DNA of 64,000 bases, from NCBI GenBank assembly GCA_965204345.1, contig OZ241981.1, positions 1,664,001-1,728,000 on the forward strand, read 5' to 3'. This DNA is from Nitrosopumilus sp. Its GTDB lineage: Archaea > Thermoproteota > Nitrososphaeria > Nitrososphaerales > Nitrosopumilaceae. The position numbers and the translations under genes are program-made. The number at the start of each line of letters is the position of its first letter. The first letter of the stretch is position 1. The notes beneath the pieces are model-generated. The model ran no database searches and was not told where the DNA came from. It saw only the letters and a list, made by a program, of their open reading frames with translations. Below, one piece after another: positions 29,036 to 39,556 of the stretch.

Positions 29036-31204
29036 TTATCCGTAGAATGATTTATCCCCTGACTTTGGCACGACGTTAGATATACCTTCCTTTACGGTGC
29101 TATACCATTGATCCACCTCTTTTGTTATTGATGGTTTTACCTGTTTTAGGCTATTTGCAAAATCATGACTTGAGATTTTAGGGGAACTGTTCCTCATTGC
29201 TTCTACTGCTGCCTCCCTGCACAATGCCGCCAAATCCGCCCCGGAGTAGTTTTGTGTGGCTACTGCAATTTCCTGCAGTCTTACATCGGCTGCCAGTGGC
29301 ATCTTTTTTGTTAGAATTTTAATGATTTCGAGTCTTCCTTTTTCGTCTGGCGGGGATACATACAATACCAAATCCAGCCTGCCTGTTCTTAATAATGAGT
29401 TATCCAACACGTCTGGCCTGTTTGTAATTCCAATCACAACAACACGTGATGATACTCCCTCTTCGATCTCCGTTAACAGTTGGCTAAGAAGCGTTTCTCC
29501 TGCACCGCCCTCTCCTGATTTGGAGCGTGCCAGAGAATCCAGCTCATCAAATATTACTACACACGGTGATGAGGCTTTAGCTTTTCTAAATATCTCCCTG
29601 ATTGCCTTCTCAGATTCCCCCAGCCATTTTGAAAGTATCTCAGGCCCTCTAACCAGGATCATGTTTGCACCAGTCTCAGTGGCCAATGCCCGCCCAAGTA
29701 ATGTTTTTCCACATCCTGGAGGCCCATAAATCAAGGCTCCCTTTGGAGGCCTGATTCCCATTTTTGTAAACTTGCTTGGCTCTTTCATTGCCGTGATCAA
29801 GTTATCTGTCAGTGATTTTTTGATATCTTCTAGTCCTCCCACATCCTTCCACCAAACTTTTGGCCTCTCAACATAAAACTCCCTCATTGCCGTGGGTACC
29901 ACCTCGTGCATTGCATCGTAAAAATCAATTAGTTTTATCTGCATTGACTGCAGCACTTCTGATGGTATTTTTTCAGTTTCAAGATCTATCTCTGGCAGAT
30001 AACGCCTAATTGATTTTAGTGCTGCCTCCCTGCAAAGTGACTTGATGTCTGCACCCGTATATCCGTGCAATTCTGATGATAGATCCTTTAGATCAATATC
30101 CTCACTGATTGGCATTCCGCGGGTATGAATCTCAAGAATCTCCAATCGCTCATCCTCGTTTGGTACTGATATCTCAAATTCCCTATCAAACCTGCCTGGC
30201 CTCCTAAATGCTGGATCCACGCTGTCTGGCCTGTTTGTTGCGCCAAGCACAATGACATTTCCCCTGTCATTTAGCCCATCCATCAGTGCCAAGAGCTGGG
30301 CTACGACCCTTTTTTCCACATCCCCGTATGCCTCCTCCCTCTTTGGTGCTATGGCATCAATCTCATCTATGAATATTATGCTTGGGGAATTGTCCTTTGC
30401 CTCTTTGAAAATATCCCTTATCTTCGCTTCTGTTTCCCCATAATACTTGTTCATGATTTCCGGACCGTTGATAGGATACATGTTAGCTTCTGATTCGCTT
30501 GCCATTACTTTTGCAAGTAGTGTTTTTCCGCATCCTGGAGGCCCATAAAGTAAAATTCCGCTATGTGGCTCAATTCCCAACCTTGCAAACAGTTCTGGAT
30601 GCCTTAATGGAAGCTCCACAATCTCCCGCATTGCTTTGACTTCGCGTCTTAGTCCCCCAACCTCCTCATATGTCACCCTGACTTTTCTATCCACTGTTGT
30701 CTCTACTGAAATGTTGAGATTCGTTGTACGGTCTATCTTGACTACGCCCTTGGGAGTTGTTTTTGTAATCTTAAAGTCCATGGAATTTCCTAAAATCATC
30801 ACGGAAATCTCATCACCCTGTGTTATTGGCAGTCCCTTTAGCCTGTTTTTGACAAAATCTGTAAATTCTTTATCCACCGTGACTGTGTCATTTACCGGTA
30901 TTAGCGCAACTGACTTTGCCAGCTTTGATGCTACCTTTCTAATTTTAACAAAATCATTTAGTGACGCACCCACATTTTTTCTTGTCTGTCCATCCACCCT
31001 GATTATTTCTGGATGCTTCTCATCCTCATCGACTGGCCAAACAGCTGCGCAGCTTGATCTTGACCCTGTCACCTCTATAATGTCTCCTGGCGTGACTTTT
31101 AGAAAATCCATTGCATCCGGACCTATTCTGGCACGTTTCTTGCCTACGTCTCGTTGCTTTGCTTCCCCGATTCTCATTTGCAAAGGCTCTTCTTTGCGTA
31201 CCAA
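29036..31204 (-). CDS. cdc48: CDC48/VCP family AAA+ ATPase
   Basis: N-domain plus two GPPGCGKT AAA modules with SRH motifs. Confidence 0.96.
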   Translation of the reverse strand: MVRKEEPLQMRIGEAKQRDVGKKRARIGPDAMDFLKVTPGDIIEVTGSRSSCAAVWPVDEDEKHPEIIRVDGQTRKNVGASLNDFVKIRKVASKLAKSVALIPVNDTVTVDKEFTDFVKNRLKGLPITQGDEISVMILGNSMDFKITKTTPKGVVKIDRTTNLNISVETTVDRKVRVTYEEVGGLRREVKAMREIVELPLRHPELFARLGIEPHSGILLYGPPGCGKTLLAKVMASESEANMYPINGPEIMNKYYGETEAKIRDIFKEAKDNSPSIIFIDEIDAIAPKREEAYGDVEKRVVAQLLALMDGLNDRGNVIVLGATNRPDSVDPAFRRPGRFDREFEISVPNEDERLEILEIHTRGMPISEDIDLKDLSSELHGYTGADIKSLCREAALKSIRRYLPEIDLETEKIPSEVLQSMQIKLIDFYDAMHEVVPTAMREFYVERPKVWWKDVGGLEDIKKSLTDNLITAMKEPSKFTKMGIRPPKGALIYGPPGCGKTLLGRALATETGANMILVRGPEILSKWLGESEKAIREIFRKAKASSPCVVIFDELDSLARSKSGEGGAGETLLSQLLTEIEEGVSSRVVVIGITNRPDVLDNSLLRTGRLDLVLYVSPPDEKGRLEIIKILTKKMPLAADVRLQEIAVATQNYSGADLAALCREAAVEAMRNSSPKISSHDFANSLKQVKPSITKEVDQWYSTVKEGISNVVPKSGDKSFYG

Positions 31205-31212
31205 AAAACCAC

Positions 31213-31494
31213 CTATTTCATGTCAACAGACATTCTGCTCATGTTGAGCACCTCAAATTCACTAACACCCTCCGTTGATTTGATGGCATTCTCCAATGCA
31301 TCGCTTTGACCCTCCTTGTCTTCTAAGACAAATTCAGCCTTTAGAAATTCCAATCCAAAAGCTAGTGGCTCTCTGGCATGTCTTTTCATGGACATTCCCT
31401 CCGGCAGTGAGGATTTGATAGTTTCTACTAGTTTGTCCAAGTCAACCTCTGTTCCCTGCGGAAGGATTTTTGTAATGAATAGTAACTGCGTCAT
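31213..31494 (-). CDS. ef1b: Elongation factor 1-beta
   Basis: EPLAFGL..LK motif; adjacent to the DUF1610 Zn-ribbon gene. Confidence 0.9.
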   Translation of the reverse strand: MTQLLFITKILPQGTEVDLDKLVETIKSSLPEGMSMKRHAREPLAFGLEFLKAEFVLEDKEGQSDALENAIKSTEGVSEFEVLNMSRMSVDMK

Positions 31495-31497
31495 TTT

Positions 31498-31680
31498 CTA
31501 TGGTCCCTGTGAATTACATGAGGAACAGGTATAGGTTCTTGCTGCCTCCCTGCAACTTTGACATCTCCAAATCAGGTCATCACCACAGCTGGGGCAGTTA
31601 AACTTTACACATTTATCATTAGGCATAATATGTCTGTGACAGCCACTACATGTCGGTAAGGAAATAGTAGATGATGACAT
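31498..31680 (-). CDS. DUF1610-type zinc-ribbon protein
   Basis: CSGC..FNCPSCG..IWRCQSCR..YTCSSC..GP. Confidence 0.9.
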   Translation of the reverse strand: MSSSTISLPTCSGCHRHIMPNDKCVKFNCPSCGDDLIWRCQSCREAARTYTCSSCNSQGP

Positions 31681-31731
31681 GACACGATTTCCTGTAAACA
31701 TCATTTATACCTTCCTTGAAATAAAGGCAGT

Positions 31732-32868
31732 TCAACCAAGCAGTTTTTTTATCTCTCCGCCGATTAAGGCTTGAGCTGTTTTGATTGATCCCCTCAGACC
31801 CAATAGTTTTATAATTGAACCCGTGTGAAAGTCAAAATCGTCTTTTTCTGAAATCTCTTTGGTGATTTCCGGCGTAACTGAATCAAACAACTTGTTAATT
31901 GTATTGTTGTCTGTTCTTTCCAAGACCTTCCTTGCCAGCAATTGTTTTTCAAATTCCTTGCCGAATCTTTTCGTCCATCTTTTCTGATATTCCTCAAGGT
32001 CTTCGTCTCTGCCTGTTCTTAGAAACTCTGAGATTGCCTGTCCTGCATACACTCCTCCCATTCCGCTAGTAAAAATTCCTCCTGCCGTTGTGGGTTTTGC
32101 CTGTCCTGCCGCATCCCCAATGATTACAGTTTTGCCTTCAACAAATTTTTTGATGGGACCCTTAATCCAGATTGGAGCAAAAATCTTCCTAATCGTTGAA
32201 AATTCCCCTCTTTCTTTGAGAATATCCTCCATTGTCTGTGCAACATTGATTCCGCGTCCTGCAACACCCACTTTGCCCTTGCCCTCATCAGATGGGATTA
32301 CCCATGCAAAGAATCCCGGATATTTTTGCTGATCAAAAATCACTTCCACCCTTCCCTTTTTTATCCAGCCTGCATAAATCTCGTATTGGGCTGATGACAA
32401 AATGCCCGTTCTATCCTTGTGTATGAGTGATGAGACTCCCCTGGCATCAACAAAAATTTTACAGTCTATTTTTTCTTCACTGGTTCTAATCCCAGTATCA
32501 GTCAATTCCTGAAAGCTTGTTCTAACTTTGATTGTGGCTCCGTTTTTTTGAGCTTGAAAGGCAATTTGTTTGTCTAGCTCCCTTCTGCTAATTTCTATGA
32601 CTTTTTGATTTTTGGAATCCAGGGTAAAGCTGTTGCCGTTTGGTGATGTTATTTCTGCACATTCTATCATGTGATCAAAGGTTTTTCTAAATGGTATTAC
32701 CCCGAGTTCCTCTAATCCTGACATGCTTACCAGTCCTCCGCAGTGTTCTGGGGTTCCTATCTCATAGTCTTCTTCAATGACAAGCACTGAAAAACCCCTA
32801 GAGGCAATTTCCCTGGCACACAATAGCCCTGCAACACTGCCTCCTGCAATTACTACATCAATGCTCAC
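31732..32868 (-). CDS. Geranylgeranyl reductase-family FAD oxidoreductase
   Basis: IAGGSVAG, HCGG, FAWVIP, GDAAGQAKPTTAGGI. Confidence 0.88.
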   Translation of the reverse strand: MSIDVVIAGGSVAGLLCAREIASRGFSVLVIEEDYEIGTPEHCGGLVSMSGLEELGVIPFRKTFDHMIECAEITSPNGNSFTLDSKNQKVIEISRRELDKQIAFQAQKNGATIKVRTSFQELTDTGIRTSEEKIDCKIFVDARGVSSLIHKDRTGILSSAQYEIYAGWIKKGRVEVIFDQQKYPGFFAWVIPSDEGKGKVGVAGRGINVAQTMEDILKERGEFSTIRKIFAPIWIKGPIKKFVEGKTVIIGDAAGQAKPTTAGGIFTSGMGGVYAGQAISEFLRTGRDEDLEEYQKRWTKRFGKEFEKQLLARKVLERTDNNTINKLFDSVTPEITKEISEKDDFDFHTGSIIKLLGLRGSIKTAQALIGGEIKKLLG

Positions 32869-32945
32869 AGATTTTGCTTATTGTTCAATTATTTAATTCA
32901 AAAGAATTTGTCCTAATCATACATATTTAGCCCATACAGTATACC

Positions 32946-33778
32946 ATGGTTATCAAATCACGTTCACTTTTTGAAATTTAAAGAATCAGCCAAATCAGAA
33001 AAAGTACTAAAAAATCAGTGATCATCTAAGGCGTTTTTGCAACTATTACAAAATTTTAGATTCAGACGAGTTGTTGAACTCTGATACCTAAAGGTGCATA
33101 TGATGATTGAATATATGTAATTTATCTCAAAGAACATGATTAGTATTAACTCTGTTCCAATCTACATGACTGGTGTAAGGCATTTTTGCATAATGAACCG
33201 TTTGATGATTCATTGGGATATTGTGAACAAAATGTCCTTGAGAAGACAGAGAGAGCCGGTACATATTTTGGAGGACTGGACATATTCAAAAGATGTTGGA
33301 ATCTGCCTCATCCAAATACCATAGTGGATTAGCTTACTTACTGGCATCAACTAAAAAGGATGCGAATCGAAGTTTTAGATTGTGAATTAACTCTCAAACC
33401 TCTTGGGTTGATATGCAGAATTCTTGCCAGACTATTCCACTTTATCCTGATTTAAGGGACAAACATTGGGCATTTCTTACTCCTAAAGCCTTGCAATCAT
33501 TGAACGAATACTTTGATAAAAGAAAACGTGATCATAAAGTATTTGATCGCAAAACACCTCTATTTAGAATTGTCTATCAGTTAGGAACTGTAAAATCAAA
33601 ACAACTTCACTCAGCAGAAGCAAAAACTGCCGTTTATTGGTTAGTCAACAAAGCTAGTATAGAAATAACTTGTGTTAAAAGACATTTTGATATTTATATG
33701 GATCATGGATTCCGAAAACGGTTTAATAATGAGATATTTGTTATTATGTTGAAAAAGAACTTGATGAATTTAATTTAA
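32946..33778 (+). pseudogene. Degenerate tyrosine integrase
   Basis: Fragments across frames: MVIKSRSL..KESAKSEK; LAST..GMRI (catalytic Arg box); HWAFLTP..PLFR; DHGFRKRFN (HxxR). Many stops and frameshifts; no C-terminal Tyr box seen. Confidence 0.8.
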
Positions 33779-34095
33779 TATGGAGTGGTATACCAATACA
33801 GCAATCTCAAAAACAGGCACAGTAATTTTAGACTAGATTCTGAACTTAATTTCAGGTTATTTTAGATCCAAAATATTCATTCAATCTAAAAGATTTAAAA
33901 TTATTAGCTAGGAAACAAATTTAAAAATAAATGGATTTTAGTAAACTCATTTGGCTAATGCTGATAAACGGTCATGAAAAAACTCGATTTTATTATCTAA
34001 AAAATTCCCCTAACAATATACGAAAAATGAAACTATTTTAAGAAAAATATTGGAAAAACACAAGGTGCTCTCAAAAGACCATGTTATCTCTTGTG

Positions 34096-34259
34096 ATGTT
34101 AATATATTAACATATATAACAGTTATAACTGTTAATAAATTAACATATTTGTAGGTTTGAAAAGACTGAAAATTTTAAATTTTTTTGAAATTTATTTTTT
34201 CAAAAATATGTTAATATATTAACATATATAACAGTTATAACTGTTAATAAATTAACATA
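34096..34259. promoter_or_regulatory. Two identical 52-bp AT-rich multi-palindromic direct repeats (34096-34147, 34208-34259)
   Basis: ATGTTAATATATTAACATATATAACAGTTATAACTGTTAATAAATTAACATA twice; the second ends 3 bp before ATG 34263 and contains TTATAA at -28. Confidence 0.85.
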
Positions 34260-34262
34260 ATT

Positions 34263-35384
34263 ATGAGAACTGATTCAAATTTGAAAAGATCTGAATACCC
34301 TCAAGCATCAATGAGAAGATTGTCGTTAAGACCCCTCTTTCCAACAAAAAACGATATTGGACTTTTTGTTGGACGAGAAAAAGAAATGAATGTAATAGAA
34401 TCTTGTATGCGAAATCGGCTAAATTTGCTTTTGGTTGGAGAAAGAGGAACAGGTAAAACCTCGTTGCTAAATTATACTTATTACAAAACAATAAAAATTG
34501 ATAATGTTGTTGGAGTACTAGTAAACATTCTACCCAAATCTATTTCAGACACATCTAGTTTTCTTAATTTAGTCTTAGATTCCACTTTGGATGAAATAAG
34601 ACATAAGCACTTTGCAGAACAATTTTTTAGCGAATTTGATACTAGACGAACAAATGATGTCTTTATTGCATTTAATTCAATAATCACTATCTTAAAACAA
34701 CATAATGTTGAAGTTGTATTTTTAATTGATGGATTTGATCATCGTGTTGAACTTTGTTACAGAATAATGAGTTCATTACGTGAAGTTTTTTGGCAAACAG
34801 AATTTCCTGTAATTATGACAGGTGATTCAAATAAAATTAATGAATATAGAAGACCTCCATTAGATGCATTTTTTGATAAAAAACTAGAGCCGCAGCCTTT
34901 AAGCTCTGATGAAATAATGAAATTGTTTGAATTAAGACTCGGAAAAAAATATCTAGATAAAACCTCTGCAAATACACTGGCTGAAAGAACCGAATCTAGT
35001 ATAATCGATAAAATTTTGTTAGTGAAAGAATTTTTTGAAAAAAACCCAAAAACTAGAAAAATACTTTTATCTAAACTAGAACCAAAATCTGAAAAAAATA
35101 TGTCTATGGATACTTTAAATCAAAAAACCATTCTCAAAGTGTTTGAATCTTCTTTAGTGCATTTGTCTCCTGCAAAAAAAGAAATTTTACGGTATATTCG
35201 TATTAATGGACCCAGTTCAGCATCAGATAAGGAATTCCAGAAATATATGGGCGTATCTCGTTCCAGATTAACTCAAATGTTATTGTCATTAAGTAAAAAT
35301 GAAATACTGATGAAAAGCAAGGATGCTAAAAAAAGGAAAACTCTATTTGGAATATCTGATGAAATAAAAAGTAGATTTACATGA
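34263..35384 (+). CDS. P-loop/AAA ATPase with C-terminal winged helix-turn-helix
   Basis: FVGREKE, Walker A GERGTGKTS, Walker B FLIDGFD; C-terminal LSPAKKEILRYI..GVSRSRLTQMLLSL wHTH; very AT-rich. Confidence 0.85.
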   Translation: MRTDSNLKRSEYPQASMRRLSLRPLFPTKNDIGLFVGREKEMNVIESCMRNRLNLLLVGERGTGKTSLLNYTYYKTIKIDNVVGVLVNILPKSISDTSSFLNLVLDSTLDEIRHKHFAEQFFSEFDTRRTNDVFIAFNSIITILKQHNVEVVFLIDGFDHRVELCYRIMSSLREVFWQTEFPVIMTGDSNKINEYRRPPLDAFFDKKLEPQPLSSDEIMKLFELRLGKKYLDKTSANTLAERTESSIIDKILLVKEFFEKNPKTRKILLSKLEPKSEKNMSMDTLNQKTILKVFESSLVHLSPAKKEILRYIRINGPSSASDKEFQKYMGVSRSRLTQMLLSLSKNEILMKSKDAKKRKTLFGISDEIKSRFT

Positions 35385-36445
35385 CTAAAAATACCCTATT
35401 GCATGAATTATTGGAAAATGATGCCTTTAAACATACTACTATCCCAATCAATGAACTCCCATATCTTTATGAACCATTTGAAAAAATTTCTAACAAAAAG
35501 ATAGAAACAAAAATAATTAGTAGCATCCAAAAAAATCATGTAATAATCATAAAATCTGATGGTGGTACGGGTAAAACATGTGCTGTAAATTATTCTCTAT
35601 TGCAATTACAGGATGATATTTTTCCAATAGTGCTTAGTCCATTTATGGAAGAAGTTGATGAGGTCTGTAACTCAACAAAAGAATTTACTAGATTTGTTTT
35701 GAATCAAACATTACATGCAGTCAAAAATTTTTCAAATTTGTCAAAAGATACTGAAAAAAAGGTACGTGATGCACTCGCAATTGAAACATCTTTTATAGAA
35801 TCAAAAAAATATAGTATTGGAGGTTCTTTTAGAGCTGCCTTTTCAATTCTTCCATTTATTGCAAAAGTCGAAGCAGGAGTAAAAGCGGATTTAGAAAACT
35901 ATGCCTCTAAAGCAATAAAATCAAAAATATTCAACACTCAACGAATTGAAGCAATACGCGGGTTATGTGAAACAATTGAAGCTCATAATCTAAAACCTGT
36001 TTTCTATATTGATGATACTGACAAATTTTTGAAGAGAGAAGATCTAGATTTATCTAAATTAGTTCCTAAGTTTTTTGGGCAAATTTTGTTAGGACTTATT
36101 AAATTAGACAGACCTCTAATTTTAGCTGCTCATGCATATTATACAAAATCTGCTTCTTACAGAGATGCAGAAAGTAACTATGTTGATCAAGTAATAATCT
36201 TGCCTGAATTAAATAAGACCGGAATAATTTCTTTGATAAATACCAGAATTAAGGCAGTTGATAGTTCTAAAAACATAAAAAATGTTTTTGAAGATAATGC
36301 AATAAAGTCATTAATCAAATATTACAATTCGAAAAAAATTATTAGAAACCTAATGCTTATCTGTCAAGAAAGTATTGATCTTGCTGATTCTCAAGGAACA
36401 AAAGTCAGTAAAAGCATGGTTGATTCGTTTATAGTTGGAAAATAA
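35381..36445 (+). CDS. Second P-loop ATPase, translationally coupled (ATGA overlap)
   Basis: Walker A SDGGTGKT, Walker B FYIDDTDK, IRNLMLIC lid-like segment. Confidence 0.82.
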   Translation: MTKNTLLHELLENDAFKHTTIPINELPYLYEPFEKISNKKIETKIISSIQKNHVIIIKSDGGTGKTCAVNYSLLQLQDDIFPIVLSPFMEEVDEVCNSTKEFTRFVLNQTLHAVKNFSNLSKDTEKKVRDALAIETSFIESKKYSIGGSFRAAFSILPFIAKVEAGVKADLENYASKAIKSKIFNTQRIEAIRGLCETIEAHNLKPVFYIDDTDKFLKREDLDLSKLVPKFFGQILLGLIKLDRPLILAAHAYYTKSASYRDAESNYVDQVIILPELNKTGIISLINTRIKAVDSSKNIKNVFEDNAIKSLIKYYNSKKIIRNLMLICQESIDLADSQGTKVSKSMVDSFIVGK

Positions 36446-36508
36446 AATTAAAACTATTATCAATAAAACATACACTGTTCAATCCTAGTGTCACTTGCCT
36501 GTCTTAAA

Positions 36509-36542
36509 GACACTTAAGAATACGTGACATAGAGTTTTCACT
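36509..36542 (+). repeat. Dispersed 34-bp motif (copy of 16148-16181) at the right edge of the ATPase island
   Basis: 32/34 identity to 16148-16181. Confidence 0.85.
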
Positions 36543-36672
36543 TAAACCGGAGATAAATGACTGGGTTGACAAGATAAACACTCCAGAACATGCCAAGGTA
36601 GGATAAAATTAGTTCGATTTTCCTCACTCTTTAATTCAAAAGTTTTTCACTAAGCCCGCTTTTGATAGTTGT

Positions 36673-37026
36673 ATGGGTGATATCAAGCAAGTTATTGTTG
36701 TTAGGACTGATCTTGAGATGGGCAAGGGCAAAATTGCCGCTCAGGTGGGACATGCATGTGTTCTTGGGGCAGAGCATGTTAGAAGATCCCATCCCAAATG
36801 GCATAGTGAGTGGTGGGGAGGACAAGAAAAGGTGGTAGTCAAGGTTCCTGGCATCAAGGACTTGCAAGAGATAAAAAAGCACGCAATTGACTTGAATCTT
36901 CCATGGTCTGAGGTATCTGATGCTGGTCATACCCAGCTGGCTCCTGGCACAGTAACCTGTATCTCTATTGGGCCTGCCCCAGAAGACCTGATTGACAAGA
37001 TTACCGGAGATCTAAAATTACTGTAA
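36673..37026 (+). CDS. pth2: Peptidyl-tRNA hydrolase Pth2
   Basis: KQVIVVRTDLEMGKGKIAAQVGHA, DAGHTQ, IGPAP, DKITGDLKLL. Confidence 0.97.
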   Translation: MGDIKQVIVVRTDLEMGKGKIAAQVGHACVLGAEHVRRSHPKWHSEWWGGQEKVVVKVPGIKDLQEIKKHAIDLNLPWSEVSDAGHTQLAPGTVTCISIGPAPEDLIDKITGDLKLL

Positions 37027-37042
37027 TGTGCATTATTTTTTG

Positions 37043-37362
37043 TGGTCTGTTGCGTTCATGAGGATAGACACGAATCTGTTTGATCGCACAAGTTTTAATC
37101 AAGACCTACAAACGACACTGGTAAATTCCAGTGATCAGATCATCGAAACTTACCAGAATTGTCCGTTGCATTTACCGTGTTCATCTTAAAATCATCAAGA
37201 TTTGCTTTGATGTGGTTGTTTTCTCTAGTTCCTTGATCAATATCGGAGAAATAATCTCAATACACTAAATGAACATCAGTTTGAAAATCAGAAAACGCCC
37301 TAAGATTCAACAATGTCCCAAATTTATCTCTCGTGCCTATCCCTCATAAACGCAACAGAATC
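37043..37362 (+). mobile_element. IS6-like MITE, copy 1 (~320 bp)
   Basis: ~32-bp TIRs (TCTGTTGCGTTCATGAGG..CACGA / TCGTG..CCTCATAAACGCAACAGAATC); ~95% identical to the reverse complement of 47379-47699; no transposase ORF. Confidence 0.9.
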
Positions 37363-37369
37363 GCCATAC

Positions 37370-39556
37370 TTGAATTTAAAACTTACATTACCGATCATTG
37401 TTTTTGCACTAGTACTTTTATTCGTGTATCCCTTAGAGTCTATATCCCAAACTGATGAGAATGAACAGTTTACAGTGCCAGACAATCTTATCCCAGATGA
37501 CAGTACATTAGGTCCTGTTGCAAACGTGGATGTACCATCCAAGTTTGATGGCGGCTTTTATGACAAAATCCTGGGTCTCATATCTGAGGTACCTCAGGAT
37601 GGTGACTATGGGGTACATGACGGCACGCGATACTATGATGTCCTAATTATAGTGGCCAGAGGCGATGGGGACGATGGCATAGATGCAGATGAGACAGCAC
37701 GCGAGAACAAGTATGCAATTGCAGAGAAACTTGATCTTCTTGGCGCACGCAACATAGCATCTGCAGAGTCACTCTCATTTGTAACTGCATCTATCCCAGT
37801 TGCAGATGTTCCGGGGCTCTCACTTTATGACGAGATATATGCCATGGGAGATGGTGAAATTCCCGTGACTCTGGAGATTGATACGGTTAGGGGAACCGTA
37901 CATGCAACTCCAAACGAGATTAATACTGCAACTGATACCAATCTTGATGGCAGTGGAGTTGTTGTGGCAATCATTGACAGAGGCATCAACCACGATATTG
38001 CATTTAACGACAGAATCATTGACCGTGTAGAGTGCGATGATACGTGTGAGCCTGCAACTGCTGCCAGTGTGATCGGCGTTAATAGTAATAATGATCTTTC
38101 TACTGCTTTTGCATCCCATGGTACGCATATAGCCCAAGTCCTTGCCGCATCAGGACTCCCAGCTCATAACGGCATTGCGCCCGGTGTGGAACTTTTGGAT
38201 GCCTCAATTACTAGGCATACTGTTGATAACGATAAGAATCGTACTTTCGTTAATGCAAACAGAAATGACGTGGCACATGCCCTTGACTGGTCTCTCAAAA
38301 AAGGAGCCGACATGGCAGTCATGAGTTTTGGTTTTGGAATCTGCAATGGAGATTATGGAAAGACAACCAACCTCATCACAAATGAGGCAGTTGACAAGGG
38401 AATGGTTCTAGTATCATCTGCAGGAAACAGGGGCATAATTTATGGAGCGCCAAACCAGCCAGTTTATCAGTCTATAACTCATCCCGGATGCGGACACAAT
38501 GAAATTACCGTAGGCGGAATAAATGATCGTGGTGAAACAATATCAAAGGCAAGCTTTGCAAGCAGGGGTCCAGCACCCGGAACAGTCATGCTAAAGCCCG
38601 AGATAGTTGCACCTGCACAGCGTCTTCAGACACTGGACAATGTTGCAGAAGATGACAATTTTAGTCCTCGGTCCGGAACCAGCCTTGCTGCTCCCCAGGT
38701 AAGTGCAACTGCTGCCCTGTTGCTACAGGCAAAACCTGATCTGACTCCAGTTGAGATAAAGACCATACTTCTTCTTGGGGCTGACTGGCAGGGTCCAATC
38801 CCTTGCACGTCTGTACAATATGAAACAAACAATCCCAACGACAACTGTTCTTATGCCAGACAGCCATCTAACACTGTTGAGAGAAACAATTCTGAATCCC
38901 TTCAAATACTAAACAATGTGGGCTTTGGCATACTAAACACTGGAGAGTCACTTAGGTATGTTCACAGTGAATCATCATCATCATCTCATGTAATGTCAGA
39001 TCATCTCAAGTCAGATACGCATACAAAGCAGTATGAGTTTACAGTACAGGACACATCAAAACCAGTCAAAGTGATACTGTCATGGCTAGTTCATCCCCAT
39101 GGCAGTATAACCGGACAGTTGGGTCATACTGATACAGCAGTTCCTATTGCGAACCTAGATTTTACAATAACTACTCCAAATAATGCTACAATACGGGCAA
39201 CATCAGACCATCAGACAAACGAGTTTGCAGTGTTTGCCCCCACTCGCACCGGAACATACACCATAACACTTAGCGGCTCAGACATTGGTGACATAAACAA
39301 GTCGGTACAAAACTTTGCGCTGGCAAGTACCAACCCTCTTACACTTGTAGGTGACAGTATACTAGATAGAAAAATAGAGAGACACATCTCTACACAAACC
39401 AGAATTACAGATATCGCAGAAGATATTAAACAGTTAGAGCAAAAATTACAGGATAAAAAAGACAAGATAGAAGAACTAGACTCGTTACTTTCTGAGATTT
39501 ATCTACAAATTATAGAGTTGGCCCCTGTTGGTTACGAACTTCCATTCAAGGATTGA
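37370..39556 (+). CDS. Secreted S8 subtilase with C-terminal beta domain and coiled-coil tail
   Basis: Signal peptide from TTG 37370 (the ORF-track start lies inside the MITE); IIDRGI, SHGTHIA, SAGN, GTSLAAPQV. Confidence 0.88.
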   Translation: MNLKLTLPIIVFALVLLFVYPLESISQTDENEQFTVPDNLIPDDSTLGPVANVDVPSKFDGGFYDKILGLISEVPQDGDYGVHDGTRYYDVLIIVARGDGDDGIDADETARENKYAIAEKLDLLGARNIASAESLSFVTASIPVADVPGLSLYDEIYAMGDGEIPVTLEIDTVRGTVHATPNEINTATDTNLDGSGVVVAIIDRGINHDIAFNDRIIDRVECDDTCEPATAASVIGVNSNNDLSTAFASHGTHIAQVLAASGLPAHNGIAPGVELLDASITRHTVDNDKNRTFVNANRNDVAHALDWSLKKGADMAVMSFGFGICNGDYGKTTNLITNEAVDKGMVLVSSAGNRGIIYGAPNQPVYQSITHPGCGHNEITVGGINDRGETISKASFASRGPAPGTVMLKPEIVAPAQRLQTLDNVAEDDNFSPRSGTSLAAPQVSATAALLLQAKPDLTPVEIKTILLLGADWQGPIPCTSVQYETNNPNDNCSYARQPSNTVERNNSESLQILNNVGFGILNTGESLRYVHSESSSSSHVMSDHLKSDTHTKQYEFTVQDTSKPVKVILSWLVHPHGSITGQLGHTDTAVPIANLDFTITTPNNATIRATSDHQTNEFAVFAPTRTGTYTITLSGSDIGDINKSVQNFALASTNPLTLVGDSILDRKIERHISTQTRITDIAEDIKQLEQKLQDKKDKIEELDSLLSEIYLQIIELAPVGYELPFKD

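Noticed and set aside
16148-36542. 34-bp direct repeats as ends of a single 20-kb mobile element
   Set aside because: The interval is mostly core genes (OFOR, cdc48, EF-1beta); the motifs are more likely independent scars.
37313-37369. ORF-track N-terminus MSQIYLSCLSL of the subtilase
   Set aside because: Lies inside the MITE; the signal peptide begins at TTG 37370.
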